The notes: generated by a model from the letters alone, not told the origin. A DNA stretch of 42,105 nt from Rotaria sp. (GCA_905330235.1 CAJNUA010000634.1:1-42105), one strand, 5' to 3'; shown: positions 24,510 through 36,423, counted from the first letter of the stretch. Numbers and translations are program-made.

Positions 24510-24581
24510 TAGCAGCAAGTAGCTTTGATCTACCCCAATCTGAGTTATGAGTTCAGCACGTTTCCACTGCCTCACGCTGCT
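24510..24581 (-). tRNA. Degenerate second copy of initiator tRNA-Met (possible tRNA pseudogene), 400 bp from the first
   Basis: AGCAGCGTGAGGCAGTGGAAACGTGCTGAACTCATAACTCAGATTGGGGTAGATCAAAGCTACTTGCTGCTA. It has the same architecture but carries an A:C mismatch in the anticodon stem, D-arm changes, a T-loop ATCAAAG and a G:U at the acceptor end. Confidence 0.5.
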
Positions 24582-24910
24582 TCTGTTCAACTTTCAGGTA
24601 AAAAAATCGTCATGATGCCAGCCTTTTTTTCAAAATTATTGCATTCATATAAATATCTTATCTAATCAAAACTATTCTGGAAATCTCTTACTTTTTTCTG
24701 TCTTTATATGTGAAGTCAATAATCTAGTATAAGATTGCATGTTTATTAGAAAAAAAATATGTGTTCATTTCCAATATTTAGTTTAATTAATCTCTTTTTT
24801 TAAATATCTATCTATAGTATTGGCTTTAATGAAGCAAAGAGAGGCATGATTAAATAAATTTTAGAGTACTGAACCAAACTAAGCTATAATCACAAAAGGT
24901 TGTAAGAGAT

Positions 24911-24950
24911 GAGTTGATCTGGGGTGGGTGTCGGTGGTGACTTTTTCTAC
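24911..24950. repeat. GT-arm / AC-arm foldback element (short copy)
   Basis: ggggtgggtgtcggtggtg–actttttctac–actcacaccc. Confidence 0.45.
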
Positions 24951-25070
24951 ACTCACACCCTTGGAGTCGTTTACGGTAGTTGTTGTCTTATGCAGATAGT
25001 GATGACCATCAAGTGACGCCTACATTACATTCGTTTTTTAAAGAAGAAAAGTTCGTAACAAACTGCATAG

Positions 25071-26490
25071 TTATCGATCAAAATAAGTGAGAAAAAACAA
25101 AATGGCCCAAATAAATCCAAAAAGAGTTCCTTCTGCTTGAAACATGGACGAGTTGATTACACTAGTTTCGAAACATTGAAAGAGTGTCACCTGAATATCT
25201 ACGATTGTACGATAAAGTTCTTTCGACGAATCTAGCGGTAAAAATGTATCTCCATTAGAGAGCAAAATCACGCTGATAGTGTTTTTCTCATTGACCAGCA
25301 TCAAATGAGTCATGCCTTGTAATCCACCACCATGTCAGACATATCGATGACCATTGCTCAACGTTTGCCAATGCCAACCAAGTCCAAACTTTAGTGATTC
25401 ACATAGTCCTGTAGAAGTATTGCTTGAATCTTCAATATAGTAAGGGATGAGACCACCGCCAACTATTGTTCGCATTTCGGCAATGGATCGAGGAGTAAGT
25501 AACGAAGATTCATTATTGATAAACATACGAAGAAATACAGATAGAGAACGAGATGGCATGCGAAAGAGGCCTGAAGGATAAGTATTGAGGCTGAAGAATG
25601 GAATTTACAGCCCTGTTGGAAGATTTCCCTAGACAGATGATTAATTATTAAATCAAATCAATGCTACGTAGTAAAACTATTGACGCGCTTACAGGAATCT
25701 GTGTGATATTCAGTTATGGCATTATTTGGTTCCATGCTTGAAGAAAGGATTCATTGAATGCATTCGTATAATGCTTAACAAAATCGTTTCTGTCTTCAAA
25801 ATCGGAGAGACGAAAATCTGTCTTGTGAATATCGATGCCCAACGGTTTCAGAATATTTTCTTTGACATGTTGATCACAAGGCGTTTTTGTTATTCGTTCG
25901 ACGACTAATGCAGCCAGAGATGAACCTTCATTTGAATAGAATGTTACACTGCCTGGTGGTTTTGGCAACCAATTCGACGTATCCGGATTCAGATATTGGA
26001 AACACATATCGGCCAAACTCGCTTGAGTGAATGCAATATCATCCGGTTGAAAGTAAGTGTCCAACGAATAGTTATTGACAGCGACTGAAGCTGAGTGTGA
26101 AAGTAATTTACGCAGAGTGATCGAATGAGAAGGTTACTGCGGATGAAAGATTCTTTAGTGAGGTTCCGACAAATATTGGTTGGTGTCTGTGTTGAGATCA
26201 ACAAGTTCTTTCTCGACAAGTTGCATGACAGCAACTCCAATAAATGTCTTTGAGATAGAGGCGAGAATAAAAATCGACTTATCGACATCCATAGACACTG
26301 CTGGTGAAAGAGACTGGTAACCAAAAGCTTGTTCGTAGAGTATATCACTAGCATTGACTACAATAATTACGGCACCTGGAATATGAACTTTATTGAAAGC
26401 CTTCTCGATAAATTGTCGATTTGGACAACTTGAACCATTGGTGGCAGCAATAATAAAACTAAGAACATGCAGACGCAACAATAAACACAT
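25071..26490 (-). pseudogene. LACTB / class-C beta-lactamase-fold serine hydrolase homolog, interrupted by 3 in-frame TAA and 1 TGA and one frame change (candidate pseudogene, or recoded)
   Basis: Ordered motifs on the minus strand: FILASISKTF (S-x-x-K), …YLSEPH[TAA]RIFHPQ[TAA]PSHSITLRKLLSHSAS…, YSNEG (Y-x-N), KFGLGWHWQ…GHRYV[TGA]HGGGLQG (H-x-G box), …VNEKNTISVILLSNGD. Stops at 26155-57, 26134-36, 25714-16 (TAA) and 25335-37 (TGA). Confidence 0.55.
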
Positions 26491-26790
26491 AATCTTTCGA
26501 TTCTATTTGACAAACAATAATCGTTTTATTTCTAGTGTAGGATTAAACTGTCATTAAATAGAGCATCTAAATTATGAATAGAAGAATAAATGGCAATAAA
26601 ATCATGTTGTTATCTTCGTCTTTCTTGTCTTTTTTATATTCTGAGGATAAAAGAAGTATTTTCAATATTTGAGAATAAAAGTATACTTTCTTTGATTCTC
26701 GATGATTAAATGTCACTCAGAATAGACAGTATGTGTTCACTGTTCTTTTATGGCTCAGTGACTTATCGCGTGAGTCGATGAAATACGACG

Positions 26791-26973
26791 AGGTGTGGGT
26801 GTCGACGTCGGTGTGATTGTGGGTCTTCTTTTAAGCCACATTCACACCTATACCCTTTGATTAAACAATGTGGGTGTGAATGTGGATGTGGGTACGGGTG
26901 TGGGATGGGGCGTGTGGGTGTGGGTGCATGTGGGTGTTGTTTAAGCGGTTATCAACACCCACACCCATACCCT
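26791..26973. repeat. Two adjacent GT-arm / AC-arm foldback elements; the second has an expanded ~70-nt GGGTGT-type arm with many GGG runs
   Basis: ggtgtgggtgtcgacgtcggtgtgattgtgggtc…gccacattcacacctataccc. Then tgtgggtgtgaatgtggatgtgggtacgggtgtgggatggggcgtgtgggtgtgggtgcatgtgggtgttg … caacacccacacccataccc. Confidence 0.6.
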
Positions 26974-28140
26974 TTTGAACCGGAGATTTGACACAACTTG
27001 TAGTATTTTTTTGAAAAAGTTTTTCTTTTATTGAGGGAGGAGGCGGATTGTGGATAGTGAGAGAATGACTTATTGAGCGTTATAGTGATGACAATTGCGA
27101 TCTATTGGTGGTACATAAAATGGCGGCGGAGGCATTGAGGCTCTGAGGCCTCAGTCTCATCTGGTTTTCATCAATGAAAGCTCAGTCTCACCTAATATTA
27201 AACTTAATATTTCATACGAATACATACTTTTCAAGGCTTTTATGCACTTGTGGTAGGCCATCCTAAGCAGGAAGGTAACTCGGTCAATAGTATAGAACTA
27301 TCGCATTTCCTAGCGGATTTCATTCTGGAAATCAGGATGCAAACGACTGTTTTCAAACAAAATATTGTCCAGAACTACTTTAAAAAATTATTGATTCGTT
27401 AGTATTTAACAGCTGTATGAAATCAGTTTAGTTTCACCATCTCTGGACATTTTCTACAGAGTTCTTTAATATGATTATTGCAAGCGAGGTCATATTTGGC
27501 AGCAGAAATATCGAACAACTTTTTTGAGTTGAATACAAATATGGGCGTCTTCCTATAAAAATTCGGTACCTACACGAGGGTCTATCGATCTGGAAAACCT
27601 GTAGACTGAGGCTTTTTGAAAAGTTTCGTTTTTTGTAATCATGGAGCGTCTTTGTTTACGATAAACGTCGCCAGAGTGACCGTTAGTTATGGCAAGAGTA
27701 TTCAGTCATTTCCTTGGTGCCGTTTTCTTCCGATGAAGCTGTAAGTAATAGTAGAGTTTCTAGAAGTTTGAAAAAACAATTTGCTTCACGATAAAATTCT
27801 ATTCACTTTGCTACGATTTTCCGGATTTTTCTCAAACCCTGACTTCTTGCATTAAAATTGGTTGAATATAAGAAGACGTCTTGTGCATTTTAGACCGCAG
27901 AAAATTTACCTTGTTATGACCTACATCTTATTAAGATGTAGTCATAAGGAATGTCTATCTGTATCGACAGGTTTATATATCTGTTTTAATTACACTCAGT
28001 CATTGAAAACTCACAATTAGTATAATTCTATCACAATTAGTAATTAACCAGTCAAGATTAAAATCTTTAAAAAATTTCAAGTAACCGAAACCGAGATAAA
28101 AACCTAATAAGTTTTGTGTTCTTTATTTTGAACTAAGTTT

Positions 28141-28206
28141 TGTGTGGGTGGGGATGTCAATCTTCTAGTCCGCTCACGCCCACACCCACTCACTTTCACA
28201 CCCACT
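28141..28206. repeat. GT-arm / AC-arm foldback element (family copy)
   Basis: tgtgtgggtggggatg … ctcacgcccacacccactcactttcacacccac. Confidence 0.55.
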
Positions 28207-28760
28207 AGAGCCCATCGGGTCCAAAAATTTTGCAGTCGGTCATATCTGATTTTGATATTCTCAATAAAAATTTTATAAACCTCACCCCGTAATGAAAGAC
28301 CCTGGTTCTTCTATTATGTCCAAGTATACAAAATTTTCAAAGTGATCTTCAATTGTATTCCATTTTTTTTCCATAATTTTTAATTAAAAAAGCTTTTCAG
28401 AAAATCAAAACAATTTTATGGATTTCAGATTAGATTTTTATGGTTTTAAAAGTTCAGGAAAACATTGATCACAGTCTTTTAAGATTTTCAGCTCGAAACC
28501 CTGGACATCAGGCATCTTTTAGCATAAAGGCACTTATTAAATTTCGAATGTTCGAAAAATTAATTAATATGGGACGTCTTCTATTATATCCACCGCATTG
28601 TTCCTCGAAGCAAAGTTTTCAATCATGATGGTTTTTATTTTGTGGGAAAAGGTTTAATTGTAATCAGATAGTTATACCGAAGATATCGGATGCTTTCTTT
28701 CGTTTTTTCCATTCGGTGACTTGCGATAAACTGCACATTTCTCATATCATTAGGAATCAC

Positions 28761-28820
28761 CGGGTCCAACATTTTTTCGAACTTGGACCCGGATCCGAGC
28801 GGGTTCGGAATCAATCCGAC
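28761..28820. other. Perfect 10-bp-stem hairpin ccgggtccaa–(13 nt)–ttggacccgg, followed by a second small hairpin (ccgagcgggttcgg). The motif cgggtccaa also occurs at 28215-28225.
   Basis: accgggtccaacattttttcgaacttggacccggatccgagcgggttcggaatc. Confidence 0.4.
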
Positions 28821-30927
28821 GGACTCTAACACCCACACTCTTAACATAGAAGATGTATTAGCATGTACATTGTTATTTGAATTAACTGCATGCAATAGAT
28901 TCGATGTTTCAGAAAAAAAACAAATCCTGGAGATGTTTCTGTGGATGTGAATAAGAGATGCATTTGTTGATCGTTAAACTTTTAATTTTTTCCGATGAGA
29001 ATTCTGGAAAGAGAAGTGCCATGTTTCTTTGTTTGGATGTATGCAGTCTCATAAATTATAATTATATCTTTTAATTGTGTATTTCAATATATTCATAGTT
29101 TTTCTTAGGAAGATATGTAACATAACATAAAACAAAATACTTAATAATGCTTTCATTATGTAATGGTTTCAAGGACGAAAAAATTACTATTTATCAAACG
29201 TCTTCAGAGAATACTAGACGCAAGATATTCTATCATGTCGCAGCGTACAGAATTTTTGAAGATGATTATGTGTTGCGGTCAATAAGTTTTCATAATTCCT
29301 AAAATAAGTTGCGTAAACCAAAGTTATTCTGTAGACCTAACAGGTAATCCATAAGGTTTTAGAAATTAGAAATAATGCTGATGATAATGTCTTAAGATGT
29401 TATGCTCAAAATCCTGAAAACGATTCATATTTTAATATAAATATTCTCATCAAGATTCCAATTTTTTGAGAAACGAATCAATCGCAGAAGGCCTTATATT
29501 GGATCAAAAGCATAATTTCCCAAAGAGGCATCCTATCATATCGAACTGTATTGATATGGAAGGGTAGTTTATTGTGGGGAGGCGTTTTCTTTCAGTCTAA
29601 AATAAAGCATACACTTTCAATAATTCAAGAGTTAAACCAGATTATTCTGATTGTTTTCATTGATTTTTTCTTTAAAAATTCGATCGAAAACGTGAAACTG
29701 CGGCTGGTAGGACTGAGTCTCACCTAACTCTACCCTAGTGATGCGACTACCATTTAGATAGTAAAATTTTGTTGCAATATCAAACTTTTCATCTTTTGAT
29801 TCATTATATGATTCAATTGTGACAACATTTTAGATTGTATAATCTTTGCTGAAAAAATAATTTATGCTGTTATTCATTTCTTTGAGTAATAATATAAAAA
29901 AATAAGCGCTATTTTTATGATTTTTGCTCTACTTCTTCTGTTGATAATATCTATTATCATATCCATGTTTGTTGTGATATGGACGCTGTTGATTCTGGCG
30001 AGGAGATGAAGTATAACTATTAGATGCTGAATTATTATTTCTATTATGTGGTGTCATTGATTGTTGTTGTTGGCGATAACAGTTACTATGATCTATAACT
30101 TCTTCGCTTCTGGAATTGCTATAGTTCGTAGACGATGACGGAATAATTCTGCATTGGTAACTGTTGGGATTGCCCTTCACCTTGTTGAAATCTTCACTCC
30201 TATAAAAAAAAAGACGTTAAATTAATATACATACGCTACATATCATATAACGATGACTCTTAAAAATATTCGATTAGGTTTATTTTCTAGTTTATTTCAG
30301 TTATTGCAAATGCTCATAAGAATTTCATTTCTAACAAAAGTTTTGAAGAAGAAAAATGATTTGCTGGTTTCCTAGAGGTTGGAATTCTGAAAACCTAAAA
30401 CAAAGTTTTCTGGCTGTTAAAGTTGGCAAATAGAATATTATTTAGGTTACCTTCAATAATAGAGCAAACAGCAGTGGGCAAAATTAAAGGTCTTCGAGTT
30501 CTCAACAACATTTTTTGACCGAGATATATCAATTCTAGAAAAATCACAAAAATCGTTTTTTGTTTTTTTTCGAATGAAGCCACCATTTTTGTGCCTGCGA
30601 TAGAATTGATATACGTTGATCAAAAAGTGTCGTGGGAAACTCGAAAATATTTAATTTCGTACACAATTGTCTGTTCCATAATTCAAAACATTTCAATAGA
30701 ATTCTATTTACCTATCCCATGAGCTTAAAAACTTTGTTTTAAGTTTTTCAGAAATCGTATCTTTAAGAAACTTAGCAATTGTTTTCATTTTGGAAAACTC
30801 TTGTTAGAATGAAATTCTCTATTCAAATTACTCTTAGGTTTCTTATTAGAGTTTGCCATAGCTGTGAAAAATTGAAAATAAAGTTGATTGAATAACTGTG
30901 TGACCTATTGTACTAATGCAATGTGAC

Positions 30928-33900
30928 CTACCAGTTAATTGCAGCAGCGAGAGAAATTTTTTCAGCATCAAGACAATTTTCAATAATAATAATAAAATAA
31001 GTTTCACGTTCTTGTTTTCTCCTATCATTTACAATTGATCGACACGTATCTAATTCATTTTGAGAAATATTAAAACGAGTATGTTCTTCATTAAATGATC
31101 CACTAGTGCCTTTGACTTCAAAATAACAATATTTAGTTGTTGGTCCTGATATATGAATAAATACTTGACGCGTATCTTGTAACTCGAAATCGAAACCAGT
31201 CGAATCATTTATATTATCACGACATTGTGGATAAGTAACAAGACGTGATGATGAACGCCAATTTTTTGTTGGTGTTACATCAACCGACCCATAATGATTT
31301 TGTAGATAGACGAAAAAGAAATGTTCGGCATTTTGACCAATACGTATTTGTTCGATACCATCTACAATTGATGGATCTCTCCAAATATTTGCCAAGTTCA
31401 CATTTCGAGGGATATTACTTTGTGTTTTTACTAGACTTCGATAAATTGTATCGTCAGCAATCCGATCAACAGCAACTGATTCTATTGTAATTTTTTCGGG
31501 ATCTTCTTCAATAGTACAATATTTTCCTATTGATATAATCATCGATTCAATAGAATGATGATCAGTAGGAAAAAGTATATCAGCAAATGAATAAATGCTA
31601 GATTCTGTACTAGCGACAGATGAGAGATATTCAGAACGAAATGCTGAACACGTGCTTATTTGTTTTTGAGCAATTGATTTTGCTTCTTCGAATGATTTAT
31701 GATTTCGTTTATGTAATAGAGTAGTTAAAGCTGATGTTGCAATAATTGCTTTTGAAGCATCGCCTCTTTCGTTACCAGTACAAAGAAGAATAGTTTTATT
31801 AAATATCCAGAAAGGATAATCAGTAGCAATCATATAACGATGAGTTTCATTTGTACATTCTTCATTGATCGAATCAATAACGAAAGAATCAGATAGAAGA
31901 ATAGATACACTAGCATATTTAGCTGTGATTACTTCCAGTTTTGGATCATTAAGAGTATTACAAAATATATCTGTTAATTGTTTGAGCGAATACTCAAGAT
32001 TATGATTTTGATGTATCCATTGAATTTTACTTCGTCGTTCAACATAATCAATACCAAATGCCGCTAAAACTAATGGACATGTACGAGCAATGGCTGGTAA
32101 AATAAAATAACGTTTACCAGTATCTTTAGATAAGTTTTGAATAATCATGGTTTCTAAACATGCATACATAATAGTATCTATCTTTTTTGTAATAATTTTC
32201 CGATCAATAGTAATAAGACCGATTTGTTTTTGTTGTGATTGTATGCGAGTCAATTTTTTTAATTGTTTTGATAAAGAATTACATGTAAAACTAAAACGCC
32301 ATTCTAAATCTTCTCGACTACCGTATGGAGCTGTTGGATGTTTACTTATTATAATAGCATTATATAAATCACTATTTGTCCCTTTATTTTTAACACATTT
32401 CCATATTAAATCTTCTAGATACTGATAAAGAGTTATCATTAATTCTGTACCATAATCGCTTAAAGTTGTCTTACAATCACCAAAAGCAATGAAATTATTT
32501 TTATCATGACTTGCGAAATAAATTGTGGTATAAATATAAGTAATACTAATTGTAGATGTCGATAAGCAACCTAAAAGATGAAAAAGATCTTTGAATTGCC
32601 AATAAATTTGATTGTTTAATGGTGAAATCAATTGTAATTTAAGATATTTAGAAATAAGTAAAATACCACGATCATGTTCTTCATTATCTGATTTAATTAA
32701 AAGATCTTTTAATAAATAAAAATTCTTTTCATCAGGAAGATACAATTGAAATGATGAAAGCAAAGTTTCCATATTCAATTCAGTATGTTGTTGACGAACG
32801 TATAATTGTAAATGGCTTAACCATTGAACATACAAATCAACATTTGTATTTTGTTCATTACTTAATAATTTTAAAATTTTAACACATGTAAGAAGATTAT
32901 ATTCAGTACAGATACCAAGACTTTTTGCTAATGCACGACAATGATGTGGAATAGTAATATGTGGTAATGATGGTAAATCAGGAACAATCATTTCATCAAA
33001 TGTAGCTGAAACTGGAATTATTTGTTGTTCGGTGTTCGAATTATTAACAATTGAAAATTGTCGAAGACACTCTTTTGTATTTTCTGTTTGATAAGAAAAA
33101 ATGAGTTCACCTAATTGTGCACATTTTTCATCTGTAAACATAGTTAATGTTGGTAAAAGTCGTAAATTAATGATAGAATAGTTTGAAGGAAGACGAATCG
33201 ATGGTCGTTGACAATTCATTTCAAGTAGAAAATATTCCCATTGAAGAATATCAAATAATTCATAATGATGAACATTACGATAAGGAAAAGAAATAATTGA
33301 TGAACTTATTGGATCTATAAATGATCGAATATCTACTCCTAATATTGATGGTAATATTGTATTTTGAATTGGAATAAGATTGAATGTTCCAGTAACGGGT
33401 ACAAGAAATGGAGTGAATTTATTTAATTTATCTAAATGAGATTTTAAATAGAATAAATCTTGCCATATTTCTTCGATTAATTGAATATTTGGATTAGAGA
33501 TAAGAGATGAAAGAGCTAATTGTAAATGATTTTGACGAATAATTTCAATCATTCGTTCTTCTGTAAGAAGTTGTACATGTTTTGATGTGAGAAGAGCAGT
33601 TCTTTCAAATTTCGAACAGTATCGTAAAAGTGTAAGTTTTGTTTTCCACATTCGAAATTGTGGATTATCACTAATGAAAAGAAGTCTAGGAGTATTATCA
33701 TTGACTGGCAAATATTGTCTGTAATGATGATTTTGAAAAAGAAAAATTGGCTTTTGTAAAATTTTTTGAGAAATTTCCGGTGTCATTATTTCAGTTACAT
33801 GATGAAAAAACAGGGACCACCATTGTTCATCTTGATTTTGTGTCCATAATCGAAATTGTTGACGAAAATCATTCGTTGTTGTTGTTTCTTCTCGATTAGG

Positions 33901-34073
33901 AAAACAATTTAGTATGTCTATAATTGAAACTGATTGTATTTGAAAAGATTTTAAATGCTCAAATGTTAAGAAAGAAGTATTTGAATCAATCACATGAATA
34001 TTAGCACAATTATATAATTGTTCATTTGATACAAGTAATGATAGATCTTTATTAAAGTAACGAATTGTTTTAT
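30928..34073 (-). CDS. Sacsin / NO VEIN-like protein, exon 4 (1048 codons, stop TAG 30928-30930). Its C-terminus (…FEVKGTSGSF…) may be a restriction-endonuclease-like (DUF3883-type) domain.
   Basis: A 57-nt intron (34074-34130, GTAAAG…tatttag) joins in frame (…DIRT|D|KTIRYF…). One uninterrupted 3.1-kb open frame in 67% AT DNA. Confidence 0.8.
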
Positions 34074-34130
34074 CTAAATATAATTATTCGGTTTTTTTTC
34101 AAAAGATTATTTTCAAAAATTTTTCTTTAC

Positions 34131-35196
34131 CTGTTCGAATATCAAGTAATACTGAAATATATTTCTTTATTAATAGATTAATATTATCAATCATAACAAG
34201 CCACCATGATGAATGTTTTCCTTGATGTATATTTGATGTTGGACAATATCGATTGATATCTTTTCTTAAGTCTATATCATTTAATAAAACATAAAAAAAA
34301 AGAGTTGATAAATGATCACGAATAAACGTATTAAATGGAACATTTTCTCGAACACTTTCACGATTTGTAACTAATTGAAAATCAGCATTGAATAAAAAAT
34401 TAAAACCAAGATCACAAACAGGTAAACCGGTATAAACTGTACTTGTTAAATCATAATCTTTTTCACAAGGAAATGCTAAAATCAGTCGTGTGTTTGGAGA
34501 CTGTCGTTGTTCAATTGAGTTTGGTATATTAATATAGCATGTATACACTCGAAAAGTATTATATCCTGTTGATGTATGTAATTCCATGATAGATCCAGTA
34601 AGATTAAAAAATGTAAAATCTTCAAATGTCACATTTGCTTGTTCTGCTAATTTTGTTGGGCCTATGTGTTGTTTCTCAATCAGTGTTTCTTTATTTTGTC
34701 TTTTATCAATGATTTCAAGTCTTTTTAGTTGACGCATGTTAAGTAAAACACATGGATCGATAGCTTTGATAACTTGATCAAGAAATAGATTAGCTTCGGA
34801 TGTTTGTGCTTCTAATTTTAGTGGTAGATAAAGATGAGTATGTTGAACATTTCTTGAGATTTGATTGGAAATACAATCTGGAATATCTTGATCTGTTATC
34901 CATAATGGCGTAATATATGACATAGCATCAAGGCCTGGCACTTGAAAACAAAATTTCCAAGCATGTGAAATAAGCATTGGTTGATTTGAAGCAGCAAAGA
35001 CTGATTTGAAACCAACACCTTTTTCACCAATATGTTCTTGTAAATTTGTTTTTGTAGTAACAGATAAACTACAAATAGCTAATACATCTTTTGCTCGAAA
35101 ACCTTGTTCATTATTTGATAAAAGTATATAATTATGATTAAGTTCAATACGTAAACATGGAATGATTGAATTATCATAAAAATTATCTTCAGCATT
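34131..35196 (-). CDS. Sacsin / NO VEIN-like protein, exon 3 (starts NAEDNFYDNS…; carries the G-box IGEKGVGFKSVFAASNQP)
   Basis: NAEDN…IGEKGVGFKSVF is the diagnostic GHKL/Hsp90-like ATPase signature of sacsin repeat regions and NO VEIN proteins. The exon ends with donor ACAG|GTAAAG. Confidence 0.8.
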
Positions 35197-35249
35197 CTAT
35201 AGATAAAAAAAGAACTCTATTGAATGCGAAAAAACAAAGAAAAATCAAC

Positions 35250-36363
35250 CTGAATAAGTTCATGTAAAAAATGTACAGGTGAACTATAAAGATCAGAGCC
35301 AAGATTTTTCAGTGATCCACAAATAGATTCTCGCATATCATTATATGTTGTTCGTCGATGACAAATTTCTCGAATACATTTTTCTGCTTGTTCTTTAGTA
35401 ATTTCATTTGGAGAAAGATTGTGCAATTCATCAATTATATTATTCTGATTGTTATTGTTATTAGAAGTAGAAATAGAAGCTGATAATTGTTGGGATTCTT
35501 CATTTTTGTTAATAATTGGTCTTAGTTTAAGGTTATCTATTTCTTGAGCCATTCGTCTATTCTCTTTGCTAAATTGATCTCTTTCTGATTGAGTACGTTG
35601 TAATTCATTTCTTAATTTTGTTAGTTCTTCATTAAGTGATTTGTTTTCATTTTCAACTTGTTTATAATTATGTTGAAGTTGTTGAATATCGAGTTTTTTC
35701 CATTCTTCATCGAATAATGTTTGAATTTGATTTTTTTGTACTGATTTCTCTTCACGTAAACATGTCTCTTGAATTTGTCGATATAAATTATAATATGATA
35801 CAATCAAATCTTGAGAAATTTGTAAAGGAACAAATGATTCTATGTTCTGTTCAATTGTTTTTGTATCAGGTTGTTCTTTTTTCTCTTCATCTTGTATATC
35901 ATCGATAAGTTCGTTTCGTTTAAATTTCGATTTAATAAATTGTGTATAGAAACAAATGCATGTATCTATCATATTCTGATCACTACTTTTCATTTTCAAC
36001 AAATAATGAATAGCTCTGGGAACAGTCCATAATAGACTATCTTCATTTACTAATGCCAAATTAACAGCAGGTGAACTGTAGAGAATAATGGGTGTTAGAA
36101 GAGCACATAATTCACTTATAAGCATTGAAGTAAAACGAGATTTTTTTTCTCCTTGAATCCATTTAGTCATGCGAGGATGTGTTAACACTTCAATCACTTC
36201 AGCAAGATTGTGTACATCATCTTCTGTTACCTGTGTACAATGATCTGCTGAGCCATAGAACAATGATGCAAGAGTGCTAATGGAATATCGTTCAAGCAGA
36301 ATGCCTGTATGACGAAAGCAATCTCTTTCGAAAATATTTGATTTCGATTCTTCTTCACTTGAT
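35250..36363 (-). CDS. Sacsin / NO VEIN-like protein, exon 2 (coiled-coil segment; ends …HFLHELIQ)
   Basis: The exon ends with ELIQ and donor CAG|GTTGAT. A 53-nt intron (35197-35249) ends ctatag|. The splice rebuilds the sacsin-type N-box ELIQNAEDN. Confidence 0.8.
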
Positions 36364-36423
36364 CTAATGACGAAGGAAATAATCAATTAATACAAGTATA
36401 TCACAATGGATAATTATACTCAC

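Noticed and set aside
24297-24590. 97-aa minus-strand ORF overlapping the second tRNA-iMet copy
   Set aside because: It runs straight through a tRNA gene and an AT-rich spacer. Not coding.
28795-28820. tRNA-like T-arm motif GGGTTCGGAATC
   Set aside because: No complementary acceptor or D-arm around it. It is part of the 28761-28820 hairpin pair and not a tRNA.
26990-29800. Hammerhead ribozyme or SINE with a hammerhead core in the repeat-rich spacer
   Set aside because: I searched by eye for CUGAUGA…GAAAC cores and found none. Only short shared motifs are present (see findings).
29929-30180. 83-aa Q/N/S/Y-rich ORF downstream of the sacsin-like gene (…YRQQQQSMTPHNRNNNSASNSYTSSPRQNQQRPYHNKHGYDNRYYQQKK)
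   Set aside because: Low-complexity composition typical of AT-rich non-coding DNA read in an A-rich frame. No recognisable domain. It could be a terminal exon of a prion-like or RNA-binding protein, but there is no supporting splice or start context.
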